In this document: positions 20,754-30,153 of the stretch, piece after piece
Position numbering within the stretch: position 1 is the stretch's first letter
Layout of the letters: each line of letters starts with the position of its first letter
IMG/VR virus record: IMGVR_UViG_3300033150_000619
From: a virus
Taxonomy: Duplodnaviria > Heunggongvirae > Uroviricota > Caudoviricetes
Length of the DNA stretch: 64,000 nucleotides
Direction: 5' to 3' (one strand)
The notes under the pieces: model-generated
Seen by the model: only the letters and a program-made list of their open reading frames with translations
The model's database searches: none
What the model was told of the DNA's origin: nothing
Made by a program: the position numbers and the translations under genes

Positions 20754-21359
20754 CTACAACATATGCCAGTGATTAGGCATGTCCCATCCATAAAGGATAG
20801 TAACTACTGCCCATTTCCCGTTGTCGCGCTTGTAAGACTTACAGAGCAGAGTATAGTCATACTCATTATAATCCAGCTTACAGTTGAACTGCTCCTCAGT
20901 ATTGATGAACTCGGCACACTCATAGGCAATACCTCTCAAGATCTTATCATCCGAGTCAATTCGGAACGCAGACCCAGCTCTAAGAGCGAGCATGTTCTTC
21001 GCTACATTGAGGAACATTCCTCGCAGGTACTTATCAGATATTTCAGGGAAATCATAGCCAGACTTAAAGATACGACTTATCTCAAGTTCTGGGCATTCCG
21101 CGATGAAGTCCAATATCGGTTGCTTACCCTGACTTCTGACAACGGCTACGTGTGGGAACCTAGGTTTATCAAATGTCCATTGGATAGGACTTCCCTGTGG
21201 CATAGATACCTTTACAGGACGTACGTTCTGCACGTATATGTCATGTTGCCCTGCTCGATACATGAACATCTTGGGGTTCATGTTTGTAATGAGGAGCTTA
21301 GAAATGGTCCAGTCGTGTTCTATCTCCCACTGGATACCTTTGTCCTCTCCTTGCATCAT
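20754..21359 (-). CDS. hypothetical protein
   Basis: 201 aa minus ORF. Confidence 0.4.
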   Translation of the reverse strand: MMQGEDKGIQWEIEHDWTISKLLITNMNPKMFMYRAGQHDIYVQNVRPVKVSMPQGSPIQWTFDKPRFPHVAVVRSQGKQPILDFIAECPELEISRIFKSGYDFPEISDKYLRGMFLNVAKNMLALRAGSAFRIDSDDKILRGIAYECAEFINTEEQFNCKLDYNEYDYTLLCKSYKRDNGKWAVVTILYGWDMPNHWHML

Positions 21360-21365
21360 AATATA

Positions 21366-21953
21366 TTACCTCTCAATATACTCCTTCCATATTTGTTCTT
21401 CCTTATCTGTAAGAATAAATCCTAGCTCCTTTATCTTAGCAAGAGCTCTCCTAAATGAATCTATATGGCTGTCGTCATAATCATAGATTGACCAGAAAGG
21501 ATGTATGATCTCATATATATCGGACCTGGGAAGTATTTCCTTCCCCAATAATCCTTCCTTCTGTAAGATTAGACCTGCCGTCCAAATAGGATTTGATAGA
21601 TTCATGACCTTAATAGGTGCCTTGAATACGGTACTCGGACTTGAATATCCGTTACAGCTAACTATACTCCTAGTAAGGTAGTCTATCACTACGATACCAT
21701 ATTCGAAGGGGGCTAGATATGGGTAGTTGTACATCTCCCATGTAGATATTATTGTATTTCCTTGGGAACCCTTAGCAGATTCTGTATACCAGTGTTTGAC
21801 TAAGTCCATAACTTGTTTGTCAGAACCATACCTGATAAATTCTGGATCTTCAAATATGGAAGGGAGTATGTTAGTCCATCTCTGCATTCTGTGTTCTGTG
21901 CCGTCTGCTTCACGTACAGTAAAGCCAATTACTCCACCCATATCAATCATCAC
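21366..21953 (-). CDS. hypothetical protein
   Basis: 195 aa minus ORF. Confidence 0.4.
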   Translation of the reverse strand: MMIDMGGVIGFTVREADGTEHRMQRWTNILPSIFEDPEFIRYGSDKQVMDLVKHWYTESAKGSQGNTIISTWEMYNYPYLAPFEYGIVVIDYLTRSIVSCNGYSSPSTVFKAPIKVMNLSNPIWTAGLILQKEGLLGKEILPRSDIYEIIHPFWSIYDYDDSHIDSFRRALAKIKELGFILTDKEEQIWKEYIER

Positions 21954-21985
21954 CTACTCAATGTACATTTACTTCCCCATTGAAA

Positions 21986-22100
21986 TGGAGCCCCGGGCGG
22001 GAGCTTACCCCGCACCTACCCTACTGTACTACTCGCTCTCCGAACATAGTAGTGGTGAGGTTCCAAGTGGGTGTCCTGGCTACAATTAGACTACCGGGGC
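21986..22100 (-). ncRNA. GC-rich structured element with tRNA-like termini (not a canonical tRNA)
   Basis: On the minus strand a 7-bp perfect terminal helix GCCCCGG / CCGGGGC is followed by T-CCA; internal hairpins GCGGG-GTAAGCT-CCCGC and ACTACT-N14-AGTAGT; 115 nt; the D-arm and anticodon arm cannot be fitted. Confidence 0.3.
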
Positions 22101-22354
22101 ATAACTGCTATTCTACCATCTACTTCCCAATATGTAGGTTCTAGGTGTCTGACCAGTGATGGTACAGATGCTATAAACCCATCCTTGTTATAAATGGCTG
22201 TCATAATACAGGGCTTATGATTCCTAACAGACCTTATTATCTTAATAGCCCTAACTACCCTAAAGGGTGGGGTGGGAATAGATGCACTATATCCCTTGTA
22301 TAGCTTAATTTCCAATAATACCCTACCTAGAGGTTCCCATCTATAGTTATTCAT
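22091..22354 (-). CDS. hypothetical protein
   Basis: 87 aa. Confidence 0.35.
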   Translation of the reverse strand: MNNYRWEPLGRVLLEIKLYKGYSASIPTPPFRVVRAIKIIRSVRNHKPCIMTAIYNKDGFIASVPSLVRHLEPTYWEVDGRIAVMPR

Positions 22355-22628
22355 TTAATCGTAGCATATCATCCTCACTAGGACTAACAGGAGGAGTAAC
22401 AAAATACCTATCTAAAGGAAGGGGGAGTTTCCTTATCTGACTCTTGGGCAGCCATACTTCTTGTTCTTCTGTAACTCTAACCAGAATAGCCTTCTGTGTC
22501 TCTGCTACAAGATGACCCGATAAGTCCTCTGCTATGTTGTTCTTATCTGCTAACCAAGCAGGAACGCTAACACGTATAGGATCTAATTCAGATGTATCCT
22601 TTCTACGATGTTTCTTCTTACCAGACAT
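22347..22628 (-). CDS. hypothetical protein
   Basis: 93 aa, basic N-terminus. Confidence 0.35.
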   Translation of the reverse strand: MSGKKKHRRKDTSELDPIRVSVPAWLADKNNIAEDLSGHLVAETQKAILVRVTEEQEVWLPKSQIRKLPLPLDRYFVTPPVSPSEDDMLRLNE

Positions 22629-22711
22629 TTCTACAACTGATGAAGAAATACGAATATATAATCGTAACTAAGGTGGTAGGTAAGAGACATCTCCCCTCTC
22701 TATCCTGTAAA

Positions 22712-23464
22712 TCACTCTATGAAATCCCGCCGTTTTAACTTCCATATCACTCTCTCACCCTTCCTGTTGTATATCATAGGATTGCTCTTGCAGACCACTC
22801 CTTCCATAAGATAATCTGGATTCCCTCCATCCTCCTCAGCTACGATAGATGTAGGACTGGACTTTACGTATTCTATAATCTGGTCTATGGTCATCCTACC
22901 TATGAAAGGTGGAGTATCAACATCTAAATCCCTGGCTACAGCCTGTATTGCCTTACGAGACAACCACCACCCTGCAGCTGATTGACTCCCATCCTGTGAA
23001 TATGGGGCTGGTCCATTGAGGTCGAGTACAAATATATCGAATATCCGAGCAGATACACCTTTACGGTAGTTATGTCCACCTTGTATCTTCTCACCATATC
23101 CTTCCATATAGAGGATTACTCCCTGTGCCCCTCTAGCCTTCCTAACAGCATGAAGGACTTTATCTAAAGTATATGTCTCAGTAAGATACTCTTGAAGATG
23201 TTTAGGTATCTCCGATGTATCAGTCCTTCCCATAAACCACAGCTGTGGATCCATGTGATCCATGTCAGATATGGGAGGATCGTGAAGATCATGGAGAGGA
23301 CCTATCATAGCTCTGATATTAGTCCCGTCTATCTTCTCATATACGTCGTAGGCTCTGACATACGGAAAGGTAGCATCAGTATAGTCTCCCTCTATAATCC
23401 TGCCAGGCTTCTTCCCTTTCATCTGTCTCTTAAAGAGAGTCTGTATCTTAGGGTACTTTACCAT
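22712..23464 (-). CDS. RNA ligase-like covalent nucleotidyltransferase
   Basis: 250 aa; motif I YEKIDGTNIR, motif IV EGVVCK, motif V IWKLKRRDF in the ligase order and spacing. Confidence 0.6.
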   Translation of the reverse strand: MVKYPKIQTLFKRQMKGKKPGRIIEGDYTDATFPYVRAYDVYEKIDGTNIRAMIGPLHDLHDPPISDMDHMDPQLWFMGRTDTSEIPKHLQEYLTETYTLDKVLHAVRKARGAQGVILYMEGYGEKIQGGHNYRKGVSARIFDIFVLDLNGPAPYSQDGSQSAAGWWLSRKAIQAVARDLDVDTPPFIGRMTIDQIIEYVKSSPTSIVAEEDGGNPDYLMEGVVCKSNPMIYNRKGERVIWKLKRRDFIE

Positions 23465-23557
23465 TCTTAATCACCTTTGAATAGATGTTCAGGTGCTCAG
23501 TAGTGAACTAAGAAAAATGGATGTGCCTCAACTTCTACAGATAACTTGAGGCACCTC

Positions 23558-23776
23558 CTATCTGTCGAATCGAGGGTGCTTGTAATCGTAAGTATCGGGA
23601 TGTGGATCATAGTAGATTCTACCGAAGTCATCCAATATCTTGGTATGACATACGGGGCACTCAAGCTCGTCAGCATATTGAGCCCGGTGCTCATCTATCT
23701 TGATCTTGACTCCGTTTCTAATCCTCTCAAGCTCCCTGTTGCAGTTTAGACATATCGGATTAGGCATATTAGACAC
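23558..23776 (-). CDS. zinc-ribbon protein
   Basis: 72 aa; CLNC ... CPVC. Confidence 0.4.
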   Translation of the reverse strand: MSNMPNPICLNCNRELERIRNGVKIKIDEHRAQYADELECPVCHTKILDDFGRIYYDPHPDTYDYKHPRFDR

Positions 23777-23862
23777 CTATTTCTCTTCACCCGGACTCCA
23801 TCACGACTGTAATCCCTCTATCTTACGTTCCTGTATATTGGATTCACTCACTTAGGGCAGCC

Positions 23863-24420
23863 TCATAATGTATCGGGTGAGTAGGCTATGTAAATCTCGT
23901 GATAGAACTTATAGTAATCTCCTTTCTTCTCACAGGAGTGAGATATCTTATAGCAGCCTCGTACTTCTCCTCCATACTCGTCACTGCCAGAGAAGGATGC
24001 TATTATCTTCCCTTTAGAATCTAGGATAGTAACAAACCCATTAAAGTCATAGACGACAGCTATATTATCAATTGATTTACTGTACAGAAATACTCCTATA
24101 GTTCCACTAGCGGGGTTGATTGAAACACCTATATTCCTTGGGTCATATCCAGGTGGAATAGACCATACTACCTTACTTTCACCTACATCAGGGAAGCGTG
24201 GATGTTTAGGACACTGCCATTTAGGGAATGGTTCTCTCTTTCTACTCTCTCCCTGGATATTAGTCCACCTGAATATTTGACCAGCTTCACAGACCCACTC
24301 TTCAACAAAGAGAGTTCTTTCTGTAAGTGTCTTTTCATCCTGTTCGGTAGTCTTAGTTAATGTCCAGTTATTATGAGGACAGGTCTCACAGATACCAGTT
24401 CTATACTTAAAGTTACTCAA
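23863..24420 (-). CDS. hypothetical protein
   Basis: 185 aa, Cys/Trp-rich N-terminus. Confidence 0.4.
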   Translation of the reverse strand: MSNFKYRTGICETCPHNNWTLTKTTEQDEKTLTERTLFVEEWVCEAGQIFRWTNIQGESRKREPFPKWQCPKHPRFPDVGESKVVWSIPPGYDPRNIGVSINPASGTIGVFLYSKSIDNIAVVYDFNGFVTILDSKGKIIASFSGSDEYGGEVRGCYKISHSCEKKGDYYKFYHEIYIAYSPDTL

Positions 24421-24439
24421 TCTCTGCTACCGTCTTTCT

Positions 24440-24769
24440 CTATGCATTGTTTTCATCCCAGTCTCTTAGCTCCAGATACTTGACTTTACCGCTGTTAAGA
24501 GGTATAGCAAATAAGACCCGCTTCTTAACTGAATGAGCTAACCTACCAGAACGTACTAAATCTAGCCCTCCTAAGACTGGTCCACCTGTAATGATTTCAA
24601 CTAAATAATCTGAGTGGATAGAACTATCTCTATACAGAGCTAGGTGGAAGCCATACTGAGTAGCTGGAGTAACATGGAATCCACGCCTAATTAGATCTTG
24701 TCTAACACGGATGATAGACTCATCTTCACTCATCGCTAAGTCTCCACCACTAAGCTTCTTCATCTTCAT
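24440..24769 (-). CDS. hypothetical protein (possibly a degenerate PD-(D/E)xK-like fold)
   Basis: 109 aa; GFHV...SDYLVEIITGG loosely resembles Hjc-type nuclease core but lacks the Lys. Confidence 0.3.
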   Translation of the reverse strand: MKMKKLSGGDLAMSEDESIIRVRQDLIRRGFHVTPATQYGFHLALYRDSSIHSDYLVEIITGGPVLGGLDLVRSGRLAHSVKKRVLFAIPLNSGKVKYLELRDWDENNA

Positions 24770-25779
24770 AGATTATTGATGGCACCTACAAACAGTACGG
24801 TGTTGCTTAGTCTATCTCGGATGAAGAATACAAATGGGTGGTCTACCCTGACTTCAACCGGCGGTGGAGGAACGTACACACACGCCAGCCGAGTCATTAC
24901 TACACTAGTAGCTGCAGCAGCTTCAGTACCTTCTTCATCTACCTCTATGAAGGTCTTGTGTACAACACCACTTATCTTAAGGCGTTCCTCAGTACTGATT
25001 CCCGTGAAGTCAGCATAGTCACTAAAAGCCAGGGGCATCCCCATATCCCCCAGTACCTTATTGAGATTATACTCAACCTCTAGACGGAATTTGGGTAGGC
25101 GAAGTATAACAGGTACGCTTCGCCCTCCAAAGGCATTAGGTGGCTTAAGTAGAGTTCCCTGGGAAACACGACCTGATCGAGACTTAGGTAGCATGATAAC
25201 CATAGAGAGTCTACTAGAATTGTAGGGCAACTCTACTATCTGCAAATCCTCGGTTTCAGCATAAGACAAATCCTTCTGTAGATGCATTATATCAACCTTA
25301 TTGGTTGTCTCAGTACCATAGAAACTATCCTTGACAGTCAAGGTCTTAGAGAACTGGTGAAGCCATTTACCCTTAAAGTAGACAGCATTAGTTATGACCA
25401 TCAGTTCATCTTCTTCTAATCTCTTTATCAGATCCTTAATCTTCCCCTTTGTTTGGATGGAGACCCAGTTGTTGATAATATCTTCAGGACAAGGTAGTCC
25501 TGATATATCCATCGTTGTAGACCTGAATGTAGTCTTAACATACTCAGCCCAATTGGGGTTGATTGGGCACCTGGTCCACACAGCATTAGCTACATTGAGA
25601 GTATCTACTTCAATATGGGGCGGATTATCTATCCCCAGTACTGAAGACATCTCGTCCAGTGTCCGCCCTCTAGCACCGTGGCGTACCATACACAGTGCCA
25701 TCTCTATACTATATGGAGATACTAAGAAATTATCTCCAGTCTCAGAGAAGATGCTGTATAACCTATCTGTAAATGTCAT
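24766..25779 (-). CDS. serpin (serine protease inhibitor)
   Basis: 337 aa; N-terminal NFLVSPYSIEMALCMV...GARGRTLDEM, hinge/RCL EVDEEGTEAAAATSVVMTRLA (predicted P1 Leu, P2 Arg), C-terminal DHPFVFFIRD...VLFVG signature. Confidence 0.8.
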   Translation of the reverse strand: MTFTDRLYSIFSETGDNFLVSPYSIEMALCMVRHGARGRTLDEMSSVLGIDNPPHIEVDTLNVANAVWTRCPINPNWAEYVKTTFRSTTMDISGLPCPEDIINNWVSIQTKGKIKDLIKRLEEDELMVITNAVYFKGKWLHQFSKTLTVKDSFYGTETTNKVDIMHLQKDLSYAETEDLQIVELPYNSSRLSMVIMLPKSRSGRVSQGTLLKPPNAFGGRSVPVILRLPKFRLEVEYNLNKVLGDMGMPLAFSDYADFTGISTEERLKISGVVHKTFIEVDEEGTEAAAATSVVMTRLACVYVPPPPVEVRVDHPFVFFIRDRLSNTVLFVGAINNL

Positions 25780-25782
25780 CTC

Positions 25783-26055
25783 TTACTCCTTGATATTAAA
25801 TATCCCAGCAATAACAACCAGGTATATTACTAGACCTACGGTTCCAATACCAAAGGTTCCCGTATCTCCTACTCTCACTCCTATTTGCCACGAGTGTGTA
25901 GTAGCCCAGTATGGGACGAACCATTGAGTAAAGTAGATAGAACTAACTACCTTACCTGCTTTGACTATAAGACTGTAAAGCCTCTTCAGGTCTGGAAACT
26001 TGATGTTGGGTATCCTAATAACATTCCTTCTATTTCTCCCCTCTGATAGACTCAT
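25783..26055 (-). CDS. small membrane protein
   Basis: 90 aa; C-terminal TM helix GLVIYLVVIAGIF. Confidence 0.35.
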   Translation of the reverse strand: MSLSEGRNRRNVIRIPNIKFPDLKRLYSLIVKAGKVVSSIYFTQWFVPYWATTHSWQIGVRVGDTGTFGIGTVGLVIYLVVIAGIFNIKE

Positions 26056-27260
26056 AGTCTGCCGTACTTCCTTAGATACATTGTAAATGCGTTGTATGCA
26101 AGACTTGGTTTAACCCTGACTGCATCTATCCCCGCCAGAGTTCTCATAACCTCAGCCTTATTATCAATAGAGACTTCTATCTTATCCTCTAGCTTCTCCA
26201 ACTCTGACCATATCATAAGAGTGTCTATCGGGAACATTCTATTGATTACTCTCTCAATACGGGCCATAGAAACCTCTACGAGATTAGCAGGGAACTCTGA
26301 GTACAGTTCCTCTATAACCATACTATGAAGCTCTCCTACAGAGTCTATCATAGCTATGTTCTCTAGAACCTTTCTTACTGCCTTATCTATCTCTTTTGTG
26401 GGTAGGGCTCCACCAGCTCTTAATTGAGCAAGGCGTCTGACGGCATCACATTTGATCTTACCCATGAACTGGTCTTCATACAGCTCCGACCAGGTCTTAG
26501 CAATAAACCCTTCATACTTTCCCATAAGTGCTTCTAAGTCATGTTGTAGGTACCCTATGGCGTCGTCTGTAATAGTTCCACGCCAGTGAAGTGTCGGAAC
26601 GGGGATGCCTACATCACTAAATAGCTCTACCTTCTTCTCATAGGGCATGAAGGAATGTGTCCGCATATCTATGATGTCAATACCAGATATCTCAATGGGA
26701 ATGGTTGGGTAATCAATGTACTCACAGGCATTTAAATAGCCATACAGTTCAACGACTGGACAATACTCATCCCTGGTCAATTGATGTAAGGCATCCCTGC
26801 GACCTGTGTTACCCACTAGCTCATTCCATTGTCTACCCATATATCCACCTAGATCATACCTGGGCACAGCTCTGGTTTTTCCCATCATAGTGCCATCAGG
26901 CAGCGGGTAGAGAATGATATTTGTACCGTCTAACTTCTCCTCAACCACAGCTTCTTTCTTATAGACGGTACTGGATTCTACATAGTTTATCTTAGGATAA
27001 CCCCTGACAATTCTAGGGTTATCATTATCCCACTTATAGAATACTGTACCATACAGCTGTCCCTGTTCAGATGAAATATAGGGATTATAGATGTACCCCC
27101 TAAATGAATGACCATGGTACTGATAATTGAAGTAAGTGAATCTGCTCTCAGGCTTCTGTACGTATCTACATATTACTGAAAGCATCTCCTCCTTGCCTTT
27201 AACTCCCTCTAGAGCTTGTTGGCATATTCGGAGCTTCTCACTTATTATCTCCACTTTCAT
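26052..27260 (-). CDS. RNA ligase-like nucleotidyltransferase (Rnl2-like motif set)
   Basis: 402 aa; motif I EEKLDGTNI, motif IV EGFIAK, motif V GKIKCD. Confidence 0.6.
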   Translation of the reverse strand: MKVEIISEKLRICQQALEGVKGKEEMLSVICRYVQKPESRFTYFNYQYHGHSFRGYIYNPYISSEQGQLYGTVFYKWDNDNPRIVRGYPKINYVESSTVYKKEAVVEEKLDGTNIILYPLPDGTMMGKTRAVPRYDLGGYMGRQWNELVGNTGRRDALHQLTRDEYCPVVELYGYLNACEYIDYPTIPIEISGIDIIDMRTHSFMPYEKKVELFSDVGIPVPTLHWRGTITDDAIGYLQHDLEALMGKYEGFIAKTWSELYEDQFMGKIKCDAVRRLAQLRAGGALPTKEIDKAVRKVLENIAMIDSVGELHSMVIEELYSEFPANLVEVSMARIERVINRMFPIDTLMIWSELEKLEDKIEVSIDNKAEVMRTLAGIDAVRVKPSLAYNAFTMYLRKYGRL

Positions 27261-27528
27261 ACTGTATCATCTTATCTATGTACTTCAATAACATGGTTAA
27301 GATCATCGATGATAACAATACACCTACTCCTCCTAGAAAGGGCATCGTTAAATGAACATCATCAGGTCCTAGGGAACACATTGGAATGATCAGTAGAGAT
27401 AGCGTCATCATTCCATGTGAAGCTATCAGTATGTATTTAGAGTACAATGGCTTCCTATAAAAGAAGAATAAACCAACTATATCCAGTACAATCGCTATAG
27501 AGCCAGCGACATAAGACCAGATCATCAC
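27238..27528 (-). CDS. membrane protein
   Basis: 96 aa, three hydrophobic helices. Confidence 0.4.
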   Translation of the reverse strand: MMIWSYVAGSIAIVLDIVGLFFFYRKPLYSKYILIASHGMMTLSLLIIPMCSLGPDDVHLTMPFLGGVGVLLSSMILTMLLKYIDKMIQYESGDNK

Positions 27529-27725
27529 TACGTATCATCTTTCTCTTTCTTATACAAGTTCAACCAGTAATCTAAGCTATTGCGTATAATCTCTGCTTTC
27601 TTGCCCTTGGTCTTTAACCAAGCAATAAGCTCAGATACTGTAGTTGGACTAGGTTCTTCATCCATACATCTCACCACTGCTGTACCTTCCACCACAGATT
27701 ATAATAAGACTTAGACTTGTCACCA

Positions 27726-28217
27726 TTACGTCTTCTTGAGAAGATAGATACAGTAAGACAGAATCATTATAACCCTTATAATACCTCTGTAAGGTTGTGG
27801 AATAACTGATAGAGCTATAAACACCATTACAAATACCTTATTGCTGAACCACCTGTATATCTTCCTATCTCTCTTAGCTTCTCTCCTAGAAAGATAGAAG
27901 TAGAGTATGATATACGATAACACCGACAATAATAATAATAATATACTAAACTGTAGCCAGGGGTAGAACAGAGTCAGTAATACAACAAGTACTTCGAATA
28001 TATACCAGTTGCTCAATCTCTCTACTGTTAAGTTCTCCCACCACTTCTTAAGAGACTTAAGAGACAATTCTGGCATCTTCAGCCTAGGTAATCTAACCTT
28101 CAACATACCCCAGCTTCTTCTCTGCGTAATTCCAGAACTCGTGTACGTCCATTTGGTGAGAACAACAACCAGTTTCGTGTGAACAGCTTTGACAGTTAAT
28201 GGACGGTGATTGTTCAA
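27726..28217 (-). CDS. membrane protein
   Basis: 163 aa, multiple TM helices (LVVLLTLFYPWLQFSILLLLLSVLSYIILYFYL). Confidence 0.4.
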   Translation of the reverse strand: MNNHRPLTVKAVHTKLVVVLTKWTYTSSGITQRRSWGMLKVRLPRLKMPELSLKSLKKWWENLTVERLSNWYIFEVLVVLLTLFYPWLQFSILLLLLSVLSYIILYFYLSRREAKRDRKIYRWFSNKVFVMVFIALSVIPQPYRGIIRVIMILSYCIYLLKKT

Positions 28218-28473
28218 AGTATGTACAAGTACGTTCTATTTGAAAGACTAACTCAATGTTTCTAATAAAGAGCATATATGTTCTCCTCTAGCTATACAGT
28301 GAGTCAGTTATATCATACCATCGCGGTTCTAAATTGGACGGAGAGAGTGAGGCTTTCACCCCAGCTCTCCCTCGAGTGGTGCCCCCCATTGGGATTCAAA
28401 ACCACACATATCCGCCGCTTCAATATAATAGACTCCCATTTATCTTACGGGGGTACAATGCTTAGTAGTAAAG

Positions 28474-28487
28474 ACTTAGATCTAAGT
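28474..28487. repeat. dispersed palindrome ACTTAGATCTAAGT copy
   Basis: Exact 14-mer; intergenic, last base overlaps the stop of 28487..28840. Confidence 0.95.
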
Positions 28488-28840
28488 CATATGCCTAATA
28501 TATCTCTGGCTTCCTGAACAGCTCCCTCTAACTTAGACCACGTTTCCAAACTCCATCGAGATGTACCGTTCATGGACATCTTTATGTAATAAGGATCGCC
28601 AAAGTCCTCTGGATGCCACCTATTAGTTTCCTTAGTAGGATTCTTGAAAACAATGACCAGTAGGTTAACCCAAGGCTCTGTGCTACGTATCTCTATTCTC
28701 TCGTTCTTACCTGTGATGTGCTTAGCTCTCCATTTCAGCTGATCTGCACGGGACATATTAGGAACATAAGTCCCAGGAGCATGCTCCTCCGTAGGTATTA
28801 GCTTCTTAGGTCTATCGAATGACAGTACCCCTATCTTCAT
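28487..28840 (-). CDS. hypothetical protein
   Basis: 117 aa; its stop codon overlaps palindrome copy 28474-28487. Confidence 0.4.
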   Translation of the reverse strand: MKIGVLSFDRPKKLIPTEEHAPGTYVPNMSRADQLKWRAKHITGKNERIEIRSTEPWVNLLVIVFKNPTKETNRWHPEDFGDPYYIKMSMNGTSRWSLETWSKLEGAVQEARDILGI

Positions 28841-28862
28841 CTCCTCCTATCAGAGTTCAGAC

Positions 28863-29207
28863 TCACACACTGAACTTCTCGTATATTCTAGTCTTGTCCT
28901 CTATAATCTCTTCTAAATGTCCTATTGCTTCCTGTAGCTGAGAAGCAATGGCTGGATATACTAAGAACTGTTGGACATAGACCAATACGCGCCTATAGAA
29001 CTCCAGATATTCTTTATTACCTACGTGTGAGTGTCTTTCACAATCTTCTGCTCTAAGCCAGTAGTACCCGTCTGGTGGGTCAGGTCCAGACTTAGGCTTG
29101 CGGTGATCTGGTCTATAGTAGGGAGTGCAGACAAAGATACAGCCACAGTCTGCTGTTAACTCCTTGCCAGAGTCCGTAGCACTACCTTTGGTTGGTATTC
29201 GTACCAA
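28863..29207 (-). CDS. hypothetical protein (TTG start)
   Basis: 114 aa; the ORF begins at TTG (29207..29205); Cys/His-rich. Confidence 0.4.
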   Translation of the reverse strand: MVRIPTKGSATDSGKELTADCGCIFVCTPYYRPDHRKPKSGPDPPDGYYWLRAEDCERHSHVGNKEYLEFYRRVLVYVQQFLVYPAIASQLQEAIGHLEEIIEDKTRIYEKFSV

Positions 29208-29364
29208 TTAAGACCCTATCTCCTTAAAGTATTCACGTACTACTTCATTGAAGATAAATGTATTAACCCAGAGAGAATAACTCCGATTGAACGATAGACC
29301 TAATCCCTCTATCTCCCATATCCACCTAGCATATCTTTCCATAGCATTATTCCCTGTTTAGAGT

Positions 29365-29440
29365 TGGAGCCGGAGGGAGGACTCTAACCCCCGATCATTA
29401 GCTTACAAGGCTAACGCTTTGGACACTAAGCTACTCCGGC
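29365..29440 (-). tRNA. tRNA-Thr(UGU), CCA encoded
   Basis: Minus-strand 76-nt fold: 7-bp acceptor GCCGGAG/CTCCGGC, D-stem GCTT/AAGC, anticodon stem TTAGC/GCTAA with loop CTTGTAA (anticodon TGT), T-arm GGGGG-TTAGAGT-CCTCC, discriminator T + CCA. Confidence 0.8.
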
Positions 29441-29449
29441 TATCCTACT

Positions 29450-29740
29450 CTATCTCCCTGAACCACCAAAGAGCCTACTCCATATACCTGCAGCAGTCTC
29501 ATCCATATTTATCTCTGGCTTCATGGCTTGGACTTCTACAGAATCTGGCTCTTCCTCTTCTTTCTTCTCGAAGGTAATAGGTGGTAGAGGTTCTAGAGAT
29601 GCCCTTCTCTCAGAGAGACAGTTACTACCGCAATAGTAACCAGCCATTCTCTTGTCATTGCTTATCAATTGGAGATATATGGTATCAGCCCCACAGTGTC
29701 TACACTTCTGTATCTTCTTTGGAGTTGGTATTGTAATCAC
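29450..29740 (-). CDS. zinc-ribbon protein
   Basis: 96 aa; CRHCGAD ... CGSNC. Confidence 0.4.
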   Translation of the reverse strand: MITIPTPKKIQKCRHCGADTIYLQLISNDKRMAGYYCGSNCLSERRASLEPLPPITFEKKEEEEPDSVEVQAMKPEINMDETAAGIWSRLFGGSGR

Positions 29741-30136
29741 CTACAAGTTGATAATGTTCCATCCTGGGATGAAAGATAAACATCTCCCGTCTCCTAAGTG
29801 GAGCCAGATAGATTGATGTTTTATCTGGGATAGACATTGCTGGAGTTCCGTACTCTCAGTATCATAGATATATCCATCTGACGCTATCATCACCGAATCC
29901 TCAATCTCAAGAAGAGATTCTAGATGTTTAATTGTAGGCAATAGTATTGAACCTCCCCCTGCTTTATATGAATGAACGAAGTCCTTTATATCGTGAATCG
30001 TCTGGCCAGGGCGTGGACGAGTATCCCACGGAATGATGTGTATGGGAGTACCCATGACATCAATTGCCTTTGATACTATGTCATCCAACATCTTCTCTGG
30101 TATCCAACCAGAGACATCCAACAATAAGTAGTTCAT
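29741..30136 (-). CDS. hypothetical protein
   Basis: 131 aa; abuts the previous gene (stop/start adjacent). Confidence 0.4.
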   Translation of the reverse strand: MNYLLLDVSGWIPEKMLDDIVSKAIDVMGTPIHIIPWDTRPRPGQTIHDIKDFVHSYKAGGGSILLPTIKHLESLLEIEDSVMIASDGYIYDTESTELQQCLSQIKHQSIWLHLGDGRCLSFIPGWNIINL

Positions 30137-30153
30137 ACACTTTCACCTTGAGA

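Noticed and set aside
20763-21425. 220-aa plus-strand ORF
   Set aside because: Antisense to 20754..21359 and 21366..21953; no motif; inconsistent with the uniform minus-strand gene order.
25394-25927. 177-aa plus-strand ORF
   Set aside because: Antisense to the serpin gene, whose identity is supported by family signatures.
28278-28517. 79-aa plus-strand ORF spanning an intergenic gap
   Set aside because: Sits in a 211-nt noncoding gap that contains a copy of the dispersed palindrome; no start context; more likely regulatory DNA.
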